A stretch of DNA of 64,000 nucleotides from the NCBI RefSeq assembly GCF_006345805.1, contig NC_042997.1:53940001-54004000 (forward strand), read 5' to 3'. The translations under genes and the position numbers were made by a program. This DNA is from Octopus sinensis. Taxonomy: Eukaryota. The notes under the pieces were generated by a model. That model was given only the letters and a program-made list of their open reading frames with translations. It had not been told where the DNA came from and searched no databases. Positions 25,561-38,710 of this stretch are shown here, one piece after another (position 1 is the first letter of the stretch; the number at the start of each line of letters is the position of its first letter).

Positions 25561-26229
25561 TGACAACCACTGTCTTTAGTAATATATGAGAAGAGTGCTT
25601 GTTTAATGGTGGCTGGTTGTCAATATTACGGTCCCGATACTTCTCTGTAAAAGCCTATATACATAGCGACTTGGTACGGACGATATTTATCGACTTCCAT
25701 TTTAATTGTAAAAACCTACTGCATTTCTATAAATGTTTAAGCGCCTTATTGTGCATTTAACTGATACGTATTTAAGTTTTTTCTCCTCAGATTTGTAGTT
25801 TAATATTGTCAACTGTGTTTGGGTAGTCAAGGACTTCACTTCGCAACTGTAAATGTTTGGGACCGGTCCCACTGTATTCACTTTGGTCAAGCGTCTTCTG
25901 TTATAGCCTCGAGTCGATCAAAGACTTATGAAAGACATTTTGTGGACGCAAATTATGTGGAAGCTTGGCAGAGAGACAATTCTTGTTCTTGGGTAGTAGA
26001 TATAATTCGTCATTGAGATTAACGCTACTGAGGTGAAACTAAATCTCAACTGCACCGATCTCCGCAATCTAGAAAAGCCTATGAAGAGCTTACATCCTTC
26101 CCCCTTTCCTGACGATTAAAAATTGAAAAGAAAAATGGTATCAAACAATCATAACAATGAGCTGTTTGAAACGCTTCACACTTTCCCTATTTCATAAATA
26201 TGGCCAAAATCAGCATTGTTCAATTTCTA

Positions 26230-26642
26230 TACTCTTTTACTCTTTTTTTATTTGTTTCAGTCATTTGACTGCGGCCATGCTGGAGCACCGCCTTTAGTCG
26301 AGCAAATCGACCCCGGGAATTATTCTTTGTAAGCCCAGTACTTATTCTATCGGTCTCTTTTGCGGAACCGCTAAGTGACGAGGACGTAAATATACCAGCA
26401 TCGGTTGTCAAGCAATGCTAGGGGGACAAACACAGACACACAAACACACACACATACATATATATATATACATATACGACAGGCTTCTTTCAGTTTCCGT
26501 CAACCAAATCCACTCACAAGGCATTGGTCGGTCCGGGGCTATAGCAGAAGACACTTGCCCAAGATGCCACGCAGTGGGACTGAACCCGGAACCATGTGGT
26601 TGGTTAGCAAGCTACTTACCACACAGCCACTCCTGCGCCTAT
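26230..26642 (-). mobile_element. SINE family B
   Basis: Reverse complement of the 11996-12445 element. Confidence 0.88.
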
Positions 26643-26899
26643 ATCTATATATATATATATATATATATATAATGCGTGCGTGGGTATGGATTTACATTTT
26701 GCCTGAAAGCGATTAACTTTTTCCATATTTGAAATACGTTTTTCAAATGCTAAATATTTTAATGTTACATGCTTATATCTTAAAAGCATTATTTAGAATC
26801 AGATTTATATATTGTCTGTTTATATATGACACAGTGATATCACAAATCATCTGAAATTTAAAAATCATTTCAAACTGTTGAATGAACACAGTGCAATGT

Positions 26900-27150
26900 A
26901 TTAAATTTCGAACCCCCTGATTGAAAATATTCAAATACTTTCACACGACACTCAACTGATTACAAGCTGTCTATGAGTCACGTTTGAACCACATCATCTT
27001 CTGCACTCTGTCCTTTAGTTCTAATTTTATCAAATTCGCAAAAACGAGCTGATTCATGTAATCTTTCAGAATAACCTTCAATAGATTCAGCTAGATTCTA
27101 ATGTTGTGATAAGAATATGGCAATTATCAATTCCTTTTGGGGACTGACTG
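26900..27150 (-). mobile_element. Decayed Ty3/Gypsy-like gag remnant
   Basis: ESIEGYSERLHESARFCEFDK...LIDSL resembles the retrotransposon-gag ESIxxYxxRLxxLAxxCEF motif; stops present. Confidence 0.45.
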
Positions 27151-27574
27151 ATGACATTATCGCAGGTCTTATACTGCTAAAATTCATTATTTCGAATTCT
27201 GGAAGGTTTCACAGTTAGCGAAACTTCTCGAATAACCGCCATATCTCCCTCATATCTGAGTCATCAAGTGGAAATTTGTTGTTGTAATTGCCACCGTGTT
27301 ATACAAATGTAGTTGCACGCGATCTTTTCTCTATACCCAACTGAACTGATAAACTGTTTCATCAAACTAGCAGTTACTTAAAACAGAATATGAGATCACA
27401 CAAAATACACGCAATGATATTAGCATAACATTGATATCACAGGCAATGTTATGTGTGTGTGTTCGTGTGTGTGTGCGTGTGTGTGTGTGCGTGTGTGCGC
27501 GCGCGATGCGTGCGTGCGTGCTTGCGTGCGTGCGTGCGTGTGAGTGTGTGTGTGTGTGTGAATATACATAGGTA

Positions 27575-28122
27575 CGAGGATGAGTCAAAAAGTAATGCCA
27601 TTTTGTTTAGGACAGGTATAAATACCAACACAGGAACATGTATCATACATCAAAATGAAGCTGGTCCTCTGTGGATCACATCTCTACTTCTCAACATAGT
27701 CACCGTTTCTCTCAATAGCAATGTTCCGCCTTTGAATGAGAGTATCTATCCCTGCTCTGTAAAATTCTGTTGACTGTTCTTTGAGCCACTTCTTCACTAC
27801 AGTTTTCACTTCCTCGTCACTGGATTATCATCTCTTAGGCCCCGTGGAAGAGGAGTTGAGAGGCAAACATTATTCCAGTGACGAGGAAATGAAAACTGTT
27901 GTGAAGAAGTGGCTCAAAGAACAGTCAATAGAATTTTACGTGGCAGGGATACATACTCTCATTCGAAGGTGGAACATTGCTATTGAGAGAAATGGTGACT
28001 ATGTTGAGAAGTAGGGATGTGATCCACAGGGGACCAGCTTCATTTTGATGTGTGATACATGATCCTGTGTTGGTAATTATACATGTCCTAAACAAAATAG
28101 CATTACTTTTGACTCATCCTCG
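27575..28122. mobile_element. Fold-back mariner derivative: two inverted 3' ends (about 250-bp arms), TA TSD
   Basis: TA|CGAGGATGAGTC...GACTCATCCTCG|TA; the right arm encodes the transposase C-terminus DYHLLGPVEEELRGKHYSSDEEMKTVVKKWL...RWNIAIERNGDYVEK*. Confidence 0.92.
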
Positions 28123-28469
28123 TATATTCATATTTTATTTTCCGTTTCTCCTCCTCCTTCTTTGCTGTCCCTTGTCTATCTTTTTTCCACCCTTTACTAT
28201 CTTTCGTTCCTTCTCCCTTCTCAATCCCTTTGTTTCTTTCCCTCATCCTCTCTCTTGCCTCCCTTCTCCTCTGCCTGTTTGTTCCCACGTGACTACAGGC
28301 CATTTTTTCTCACCTCTGCTTTTTTCTGGACGCGACGCGTTCTTAACAGGACGTCATTTTCTCTATTTTTTTTTACTCTTCTACTATTTTCTTCTCTTAT
28401 ATTTATTCTATATCCTTTCATAATTTCTCCCTGGCGTTACCCATTACAAACTAAATCAAATGGAATCTC

Positions 28470-28810
28470 AGTGCTGCGAAATACTTGGAAACATAAGGCG
28501 TTCCATGGCAAACGCCCTACAAGGGTCAGCGATCCTAATGTAGATACAAATTTAACCCATCAATGGATGACAGTATCTGGAATTAAGTCAAAACAGAGAG
28601 TTTCATTATAGTAGCTCAGGATCAGTGTCTATCCACAAGAAACTATCAAGCGAAAATGGTGCTGATCCTGCCTGCCGCTTTTGTGGTCAAACTAGGTAAA
28701 TAATTGACCACCTGATCTCTGGGAGTTCTTTGATAGCCTCAGACGAATATATTAATTGCCATGATAGAATTGGCCAGTATTTACACTGGATCATATGTAA
28801 TTCCACCGCT
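28470..28810 (+). mobile_element. Decayed R4/Dong-clade fragment
   Basis: ESFIIVAQDQCLSTRNYQ...ACRFCGQ...IDHLISG...HDRIGQYLHWIIC with frameshifts. Confidence 0.7.
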
Positions 28811-29908
28811 TTAAAAGAGAGATACCTGAAATTTTGAAGGGAGAGGGCTTGTCCATGTCATAGACTAGACCCTAGTATTTGATTGGTATTCTGTTATTGA
28901 CTCCGAAAAGAATGAAATGCAAAATTGACTTCAGCGGGATTTGAACTCAGAATGTAAAGAACTGGAATGCAAGACCATATGGCTTTTAATGATAAATAAT
29001 AGGATATTCTTTAAAGTTTTAAACTTAGAAAGGAAACTTTAAAAGTTTTTCAACAATCCGAAAGGCTACCTCTGGTTTATAGTAATCTTTTATGGCTTCG
29101 TTACAGGTGAAAGGTGAGCACCCATGCCCCAAGGCCTCTAAGACCAGTAGAAGAAAGTTTTGGGGGGCAGGGTATCAACCTGGAGACATGGATCCACTGC
29201 TTACAAAAAAGTGAAATCTTTTAGAAGTCCCCTAGAATCATCTTGCCTACACATAGCTAATAACGATTTCTATGATTGATACATGGCAAAAACAGGGGGA
29301 TAATCGATTTAATATACTCTACCACTTTATCGCCTCTAGTGTTCTGGAGTGAGGAAGCAAAGTCTATATCAACAGAATTTACACTTTAAAGGTATAGAAA
29401 CGGATTTATATACTGCAAAGTTTTTAGTCATACATCCCACAACCCGCTCTTCACTCGGAGAGAAAATTCCTGAACTTGCCCCCCCCCCTTCTCTTCGTAT
29501 TCTAACTACTTTGATTTCACAACGCCCCACTCCATTGCTAATTAGGTTACTAACGGAAGCTATCAACTACATTTTAGGAAACCCTCCGAGCATTTGAAAA
29601 ACGTATCCATGAACTCACCTTACTGTTTCTTTTTTTTCTCTTTTTTTTTTTCACATGTTAATATCTGTAAGAGATTTGTTTTACCTAGAAAACGTCGAAA
29701 GTAAACATGTTTTGACCTTTATGCTTCTTCCCAGGATGTTAGCAGCAAATGTACAGTGAATTTGAAACTGTAATCGAACCGCTAGTCGGATCACTTCCAA
29801 AGTTAATAACGAAATTACACACCTTATTTACTTTTTGATTATTTTTAAAAATTATTAATGTGTATGCTTCTTTATTTATTCAGTATTTACTCGTTATCTT
29901 TCTTTTAA

Positions 29909-30055
<147 letters not shown>

Positions 30056-30489
30056 TAATATTTTTGCTTAAATTTGTTTGGCTTATACGTACTAGTGGGT
30101 CTGCTCATGATACTCGCTTTTGGTTTTGTTGTTCTTGGATGTGTATTTATCTTTTTAAAAACAGTGCTTTTTAAAAAAAACTAAAGTTCCTGAAAGATAT
30201 TCAACCAACCTCCCTCATCTATCCTCTCAATATACAAGGAGGGTATTGCGTTTTCTTGTTTTCCTGCATTGTATGAACGTTTATATTTTCCGCTTTTTAC
30301 TACAAACTCAGTATAGCTTTTATATATATGCATATATGTACATATGCCATTATTCAGTTTATTTCAAGACTTCTTGCCAATAGAGAAAGAACCGCTTTCT
30401 AACCTAGGTCCAAGGTTCCTTCATCGGAATTTCAACATCAACAACAGGTTATTTTTGTTTGTATGTATGTCATGCATATAGTTGCATAT

Positions 30490-31050
30490 TTAGACATGCT
30501 TATATATTTTTAAATGATTAACTTCTGGAAAGTTTCACAGATTTTTACACTTCCAGTGATGGACAGGATCTGTAGTCTTCGTATTAACTTTCTTCTTTCC
30601 GGCTTTGAGAAACCTAATTTCTCAAGATTGGTATTTAGGCAGTGTGTTACATATCCCAGGACCCCAATAAATACCGGTATAAACCTGAACTTGTAATCTG
30701 GATAGAATAACTGCAGATTTCTCAATAGTTTGTATAGGTGTTCTCTTTTTCACTGATCTTCAGCTTTATGTTAACACCCGCTGGGCAGCTAATTTCCACA
30801 ACTGTGCACAGTTTCTCTTCTCTATCCCAAATCATTATATCAGGTCTGTTGTACTTACATTTTATTAAGGTCTTCACTGGTAAATTCCACCAGTATTCCT
30901 TTTTATAATGGGTGGCTATGACTCCTACCATATTGTGGGTTCTTATTTCTTTGTCCTCGGGATTATCCTTCCCACGGATTTCATTATGGAGTGTCCTTGC
31001 TACAACGTCATGTCTCATCGGTAAATAATACTGTAATGACATTTTCGGAC
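30490..31050 (-). mobile_element. RLE-type non-LTR retrotransposon C-terminal fragment (R4-like, different subfamily)
   Basis: RHDVVARTLH...NRPDIMIWDREEKLCTVVEISCP...KENTY / IPVFIGVLG...ITGSVKICETF. Confidence 0.8.
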
Positions 31051-31833
31051 AATCTCTCGGTTGAAGCTGAATTGAAAGAGACTTAATTGCTTTACATATG
31101 GCTTTGTAGAACAGGAATGGAAGTCTTTTTTAGGATCAAGGGCGAATTGCGGCTGCATAAGAGCCAGTGGATGGGTGGAAAATCTGTTCTGGAAGGATTA
31201 ATGACTCGTTAATTTCTATAAAGAGTGAAGAATACAACTTATATTAAATCATCGTTTTGGTCTTAAGGTTTAGAATATGTTATTCATGTGGGCTTTTAAA
31301 GGCTTCATCGAGTGATTTCAAAATAGCAATAGGGAGAGATGTCGCCCATGGGCTATGTAGCGGCTTCCAAGCTGTCTCGAAAATATTTCGCGTTTTTTTT
31401 TTCTTTTTCTTTATGCCAGACGACCACAGTTTTTTGAGAAAACTTTTAATGAATAAATGAATAAATTATTTTCGCACACGACGATATACCCATGAAGAAA
31501 AAGAAAAAATACACAAATGTCATTCAGTCTTAATTCTCTTCCCTAATAAATATTTACCTCAGTAAGAAATCGAATGTTTCATATGTTTAAAGTCATTTTG
31601 TTTAATGCTGTCTGAATAAGATATGAACCATTAAATTCATGTCTATAATGTATGTTGTATATCTTGAAGTCTTGTGGTAGTCTTAAGACATTCATTTTCA
31701 TATCATATTGAGTAGAAGTAGGATCCGATGGTCGAAATTTTGGCGACCCAATTTCAGTTTCCGATTGAAGTCGGTATAATTTTCAATATACAGGAAATAC
31801 ATTTCTCATTATGATTTCAATTTAATGTTTAAG

Positions 31834-31952
31834 GAATGGAAGAAGGCGAATTCAGTGAAGCGAGGGAAGACATGGCGACATTAGAAAAAGACTATGAAGA
31901 GGTTGGACATGAATCAGATTCAGATGAGGATGAAGAGGAGAATGAATTCTAA
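31834..31952 (+). CDS. TUBA: Alpha-tubulin last coding exon ([39 protein letters not shown])
   Basis: tttaag|GA acceptor; stop TAA 31950-31952; acidic tail. Confidence 0.97.
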
Positions 31953-32253
31953 AAGTTGAAAAATAATGAAACGAATATATATATTTATTTAACTATTAAC
32001 TTATATATTTATTTAACTATTAACTTATTTATTTATTAATTTATTACAAAATTCATTTCGCCAGTTTACTCCTGTATGTTTATTCATCTTTTACTGCATT
32101 AATTATGAAATTCGTCTTTCTGTGTTTCTACTTTTCTATTTGTGAGTACATCCGTGTATTTTCTTCATAGTATTTATTAAATTTATTTATTCTTTCGTGA
32201 TTCTATCAAACTGCCCCTTTCAATTTAAACTTGATTATTAATAATTGACCCAT

Positions 32254-32259
32254 AATAAA
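32254..32259 (+). terminator. Candidate polyadenylation signal of the alpha-tubulin gene
   Basis: AATAAA about 300 nt after the stop codon in an AT-rich 3'UTR; no transcript evidence. Confidence 0.35.
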
Positions 32260-32789
32260 TGGTAATATTTAACTATTGCTCTGAAATTCTTTGTTTCCAG
32301 TTTCCTATTCTGAAAAATGTATTGATAGATTTTAGGAAGATGCCACATAAATACATGTATATATTGAAGTAATTTTTATTAAATGTTGTATATGAGTTGT
32401 AAACGCATTGGAATCGACAGATCCAAGACACTTAATACTCTCCCAAAATATACAGCACACGATTTCACATCAGAATTTTGCGAAACAAAAATATTTCATA
32501 CATAAGCGCGCGCGCGTGTCTGTGTGTGATTCCGTGTGTACTTTTGTGTAACAAGCAATGCGGTGACCGATGAGCTAGCAGGAGGAAAGAAAGGAAGCTA
32601 GAACTCTGCTGAATAACTCCTCATCAACAAAGCTGAACTTAACGAGGCAAAACGCCGAAATCTGCTGATTTTAAGACGTTTAACTTCGCTCCTCCTTCGT
32701 AACTAACAGATTCATTACACCGTAAAATGGTTCCAACTGCTATAGTCCAATATTTTAACGTGTATCAGATCGGGTGTGCGCATGCGGAT

Positions 32790-32930
32790 TTCCTTTCAGT
32801 TTCCGTTTACAAAATCCACCCACAAGTAGACCCGTGGCTATAGTAGAAGACACATCCCCAAGGTGTCACGCAGTAGAATTGAACCCGGAACTATATGGTT
32901 GAGGAGCAAACTTTCTACCACAAAGCCTTG
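32790..32930 (-). mobile_element. SINE family B, partial
   Basis: TTTCAGTTTCCG...GAACCCGGAACTATATGG. Confidence 0.7.
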
Positions 32931-33090
32931 CACACACACATACACACACACACACATGGTATGTATACACATATAGATATATATACATACATACATTGAT
33001 GCAACATACACAGAAACATTCATATATATGCGTATAGATATACATACATGCATACATCATACATAGAAATGCATATATATACGTATAAGC

Positions 33091-33121
<31 letters not shown>

Positions 33122-33159
33122 CATACATGCATGCATGCATGCATACATACATACATACA

Positions 33160-33192
<33 letters not shown>

Positions 33193-33544
33193 GCATGCAT
33201 ACACACATATATACATAGCTGTTTATCAATCTGGTTATTAATTATATTTTAATGGTAGGATGTCATTTTATGTAAGAATGAAAACCTTAGCACATGAAGT
33301 AAACTATTTTAAGTGATTGCTATGGAGACGACTGCATTTCTGATTTACTTAAAAGTACATTTTCAAAATGGGGTTTCCTCTTCAGAAGTAAGAAATATGT
33401 ACTTTAGCCTATAGAAACAAAGTGTTGCTTTACTCCCAACCATGGCGGGATTTACGGGACATAAAAGTAAAGAGGCGGAACAAATACCGCCAAGTATTAT
33501 CTCCAACACACTCAATATTCTACCAATCCAACTCCCTACGTATG

Positions 33545-33586
<42 letters not shown>

Positions 33587-33619
33587 GTGTGTGTGTGTGT
33601 GTGTGAGTGTATATATATA

Positions 33620-33661
<42 letters not shown>

Positions 33662-33684
33662 GTATATACACACTTATAAATATT

Positions 33685-34150
<466 letters not shown>

Positions 34151-34196
34151 TGCATACATATATATATATACAGACGTATATATATATATATATATA

Positions 34197-34287
34197 TATA
34201 ATCAAAATAAGCAACAAGTATATACAAGATAGAGTAGTACAATTGTACTACTCTACCCTGATATTCTTGTTGCTTATTTTGATTATA
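34197..34287. mobile_element. Small palindromic MITE-like element
   Basis: 22-bp inverted arms TATAATCAAAATAAGCAACAAG / CTTGTTGCTTATTTTGATTATA around a perfect 24-bp palindrome. Confidence 0.7.
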
Positions 34288-34542
34288 ATCACCCCATTTG
34301 ATTTATATGGATAATACCATACAAAATTCTGGTGTCTTTAGCTTAAGTACCATATTCATCTGAATCTAAATTTTGCTAAACTTATATATATATAATCAGC
34401 TTCATGAATGTACTTATGTCCGTGACACTATTAGTGTCGCATATAATGCATGTAGTATGAAGCAGTTATAGTAATTTTAGACTCTCCTTAGATGGAGCAC
34501 TCTTCTTATTGATTTTTACAAAAATTCATTTCGTATATATAA

Positions 34543-34579
<37 letters not shown>

Positions 34580-34619
34580 TACATACATACATACATACAT
34601 ACATACATACATACATACA

Positions 34620-34651
<32 letters not shown>

Positions 34652-34679
34652 CATACATACATACGTACGTACGTACGTG

Positions 34680-35400
34680 TCACCGGCACGGGTATCACAA
34701 CTACAATTTCCATTTGATTTTCATTTTGATATTGATGTTGATGTACTTGACTCAATAGGTCTCCTCATGCACAGCATGTCACCCTACGATCCAAGGTACT
34801 TTCGAATGGGTTCGGGTTGGTTATGCGAAACCGGCGTCGGATACAACCGTGAACTCACTTTATTTGCCAGGTCTTCGCAGTCACAGCATATCTCCAGCGG
34901 TCTCGGTCATTCGTCATTGCTTCTATGAGGCCCAACGATCAAAGATCATGCTCCACCACCTCTTTCCATGTCTTCCTGGGTCTACCTCTACCCCGGTTTC
35001 CTTTAACTGTTTGGGAGTGGCACTTCTTTACACATTTCTCCTCATCCATCCGTAGTACATGACCATACCAACGCAAACGTCTCTCTTGCATACCACATCC
35101 GATGCTTCTTATGTCCAACATCAGGGCGCTTACACTCTGTCGTGTGTGCACACTCACATAACACATCCAGTAGATCGTGCTAGCTTCCTTTCTTTCGTGC
35201 CTACGCATGTCCTCAGCAGTCATGGTCCATGTTTCACTACCGTGTAGCATGTCAGTTTACACATATGCATCGTACAATCTACATTACATTCTGAATGAGA
35301 GGCCTTTGTCACCAGTAGGGGTAGAAGCTTTCTAAACTTTGTCCAGGCTATTCTTATTCTAGTGGTAGCACTCTCTGAGCATCAACCCCCACTTGGTCAG
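34680..35400 (-). mobile_element. RTE-clade LINE 3' fragment
   Basis: MLHGSETWTMT...RRLRWYGHVLRMDEE...RGRGRPRKTW; 3'UTR runs into a tetranucleotide tail. Confidence 0.85.
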
Positions 35401-35436
35401 TAGTATATATTAACATATAATATATGTATATATATA

Positions 35437-35480
<44 letters not shown>

Positions 35481-35509
35481 TAATATATGTGTGTGTGTGT
35501 GTGTGTGTG

Positions 35510-35554
<45 letters not shown>

Positions 35555-35609
35555 ATATATGAATACGTATATATGCATATATTAATATACATATATATGT
35601 ATATATTAG

Positions 35610-35643
<34 letters not shown>

Positions 35644-35734
35644 ATTATATATATATATATATATAATATGTATATATTACTTATATATATACATTTATAT
35701 ATGCATATATTACTATATATATATATATTTGTAT

Positions 35735-36102
35735 ACTCTTTTCTCTTTACTTGTTTCAGTCATTAGACTGCGGCCATGCTGGAGCACCGCCTTTAGTACT
35801 TATTCTATCGGTCTCTTTGCCGCCGCAACGCTAAGTGACGGGGACGTAAACACACCAGCATCGGTTGTCAAGCAATGCTAGGGGGACAAACACAGGCACA
35901 CAACATACGCACACACACATATATATATATACATATATACGACAGGCTTCTTTCAGTTTCCGTCTACCAAATCCACTCACAAGGCATTCGTCGGCCCGGG
36001 GCTATAGCAGAAGACACTTGCCCAAGATGCCACGCAGTGGGACTGAACCCGGAACCATGTGGTTGGTAGACAAGCTACTTACCACACAGCCACTCCTGCG
36101 CC
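35735..36102 (-). mobile_element. SINE family B
   Basis: Reverse complement of the family B consensus. Confidence 0.88.
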
Positions 36103-36140
36103 ATATATTAAAATATATGTATGTATTAATATATATGTAT

Positions 36141-37740
36141 ACTAGCACTATGACCCGGCAATGCCCGGTCATAGTGCTAGTTTTGTGCTAAATCCCTTTC
36201 TTTGTTTTCGGAAATTATGTCCGCCTTTCCATCGTATATGTTTTTTTAACGCGTTTGACTGAGCCTCTGCAGATTCTGAGCCCATCCAGAGGTACAGCTG
36301 AACTGGGTAATTAATCATCGCAAATTTGGCGGCTTTGTTGAAGATGAAGGGGGAGCATGTTAGAAAATCGATCAAGACCACCATGAAAGCAAACCTTCAC
36401 CAACAAAACGAAATGAATAATCAGGGCTGACAAAGTTTTCAAATTTCCTAGCGAGCGGGAAAATGTGACTGGAAATTAATTAGCATCTCAATTTTCACTC
36501 GTATCTCAAAACACAAAAGCATGAAATTTCGCTTAAGAAAATCTTTGTATCTTAGGTCATTCGTATCTCAAGTTAGGGCTAAAAGAAAAGGTTGCGGTCA
36601 ATTTAAATGCGAAAACCCGCAAGGAATAGTTTTATTGAGTTTCCATTGATTGATTGGCAATTTTGGTAAACTCGAATCAAATTAAGATTTCTTGCACCAA
36701 AAGGATAACTCTATGCACCTGCTGTGTAGGTAGCAAATGATTCGATCTTAAGCTGAATGCAAACAAATAAACGTTTTTTATGAAAATCCCTTGGGGGGTC
36801 AACTTACCCATTTTTCATTTTTAATCCTACTTGACTAAAGCATCCTGGGCTCTCGCTGGATAACTTAAGTCAACCGAAAGCATAAAAGTAAAACTCTTCT
36901 TAAATAGATTCATTGAATAGGCTCCAGCTCTTTTATAGCATAGTTAAGGAATGATAACATATATGTTTCTTTATTACCCACAAGGGGCTAAACATAGAGG
37001 GGACAAACAAGGACAGACAAACGGATTAAGTCGATTACATCGACCCCCAGTACGTAACTGGATATAATTTATCGACCCCGAAAGGATGAAAGGCAAAGTT
37101 GACCTCGGCGGAATTTGAACTCAGAACGTAACGGCAGACGAAATACGGCTACGCATTTCGCCCAGCGTGCTAACGGTTCTGCCAGCCTGCCGCCTTTTAG
37201 TTAAAGAATGAAAGCATATCAAGCATATTTGGTCTTTCATGAAAATAGCGCTCTCTTGTCATTCATTTGGTCTAACTCGTTAATTATTCCCTGCATTTCT
37301 CAAACCAAAAAAGCGTGCACGTTTGAAAACCAAAACACATGATAACGCGTCTTCGCAAAACACAAAAATGCGCTGAGCCATACAGACTGTCTCCAAATGC
37401 GCACGCGCATTCAACTATCAAGGGTAAAATTATCTCCGTCCAATCAAAAAACAGCTGGCAGTCTATTGGCGTATCCAGCTGTACGCACACACCGCGTACA
37501 AATTTCTATGTTTTAGCAATTTTGAATGGATATGCCCATAACTTATGGTCATAAGGGGTCGGTTTATCGATTTTTTTAATGGCTTTCTGTGGTGACTGGG
37601 AAGATGAAAAGATCTTCGCGACCACCTTCACACAGTTTTAAAAGCCCAAAAAAAATGCGAGCCTTTTACGTGAAAAACTGTGGATTTGTATAAAGGAAAC
37701 ATAGTCACACAGACACACAGACATATTTATTTATATATAT
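36141..37740. mobile_element. Possible Helentron/HINE-like non-autonomous element (boundaries tentative), interrupted by a SINE
   Basis: ACTAG...CTAGT terminal palindrome at 36141-36181; microsatellite-like end near 37700. Confidence 0.3.
36965..37197 (-). mobile_element. SINE family A
   Basis: Close reverse-complement match to 18197-18420. Confidence 0.88.
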
Positions 37741-37855
37741 ATTATATATATATATATTATATATATATATAATATATATATATATAATATATATATATAT
37801 AATTATATATATATATATACATATATATATATGTATATGTATGTATAAAATAATA

Positions 37856-38058
37856 AATAAATGCGCCCTTTTAAAGCCTAGCAAGGCTCATGGGCCCGGT
37901 TTCCCAGTTTCTATGGCGTATGCGTTCCCCAGCTGGACGGGACGCCAGTCCATCGCAGCGTTACTCATTTTTGTCAGCTGAGTGGACTGGAGCAACGCGA
38001 AATGAAGTGTTTTGCTCAAGAACATAACGTGACACCCGGTCCAGGAATCGAAACACAA
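37856..38058 (-). mobile_element. SINE family C, 5'-truncated
   Basis: Matches 10800-10920 and 11200-11305 in reverse. Confidence 0.8.
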
Positions 38059-38249
38059 ATAGACGCTCTCTTAGGCATACACAGATATTTACATTTTGGA
38101 AACGAAGCTGCTTTCCCAAAAGTTAAAATGGTATCCAATCATCTAAATACTACATAAAAATAAAAAAGAAAACAGCTTTCCTGCCAGTAAAATCAGAACC
38201 CTTTACTGCTTTAACCCTTTAAATTCAGATTACTCTGACAAATGCAATG

Positions 38250-38642
38250 TCTCTTTTACTTGTTTCAGTTATTTGACTGCGGCCATGCTGGAGCACCGCC
38301 TTTAATCGAGCAAATCGACCCAGGGACTTATTCTTTTGTAAGCCCAGTACTTATTCTATCGGTCTCTTTTGTCGAACCGCTAAGTAACGGGGACATAAAC
38401 ACACCAGCATCGGCTGTCAAGCAATGCTAGGGGGACAAACACAGACATACAAACACACACGCATATATATACATATATACGACGGGCTTCTTTTAGTTTC
38501 CGCCTACCAAATCCACTCACAAGGCTTTGGTCGGCCCGGGGCCATAGTAGAAGACACTTGCCCAAGGTGCCACACAGTGGGACTGAACCCGGAACCATGT
38601 GATTGGTAAACAAGCTACTTACCACACAGCCACTCCTGCGCC
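38250..38642 (-). mobile_element. SINE family B
   Basis: Reverse complement of the family B consensus. Confidence 0.88.
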
Positions 38643-38670
38643 ACATTGTATGACCCGTCCTGCTCACGCG

Positions 38671-38710
<40 letters not shown>

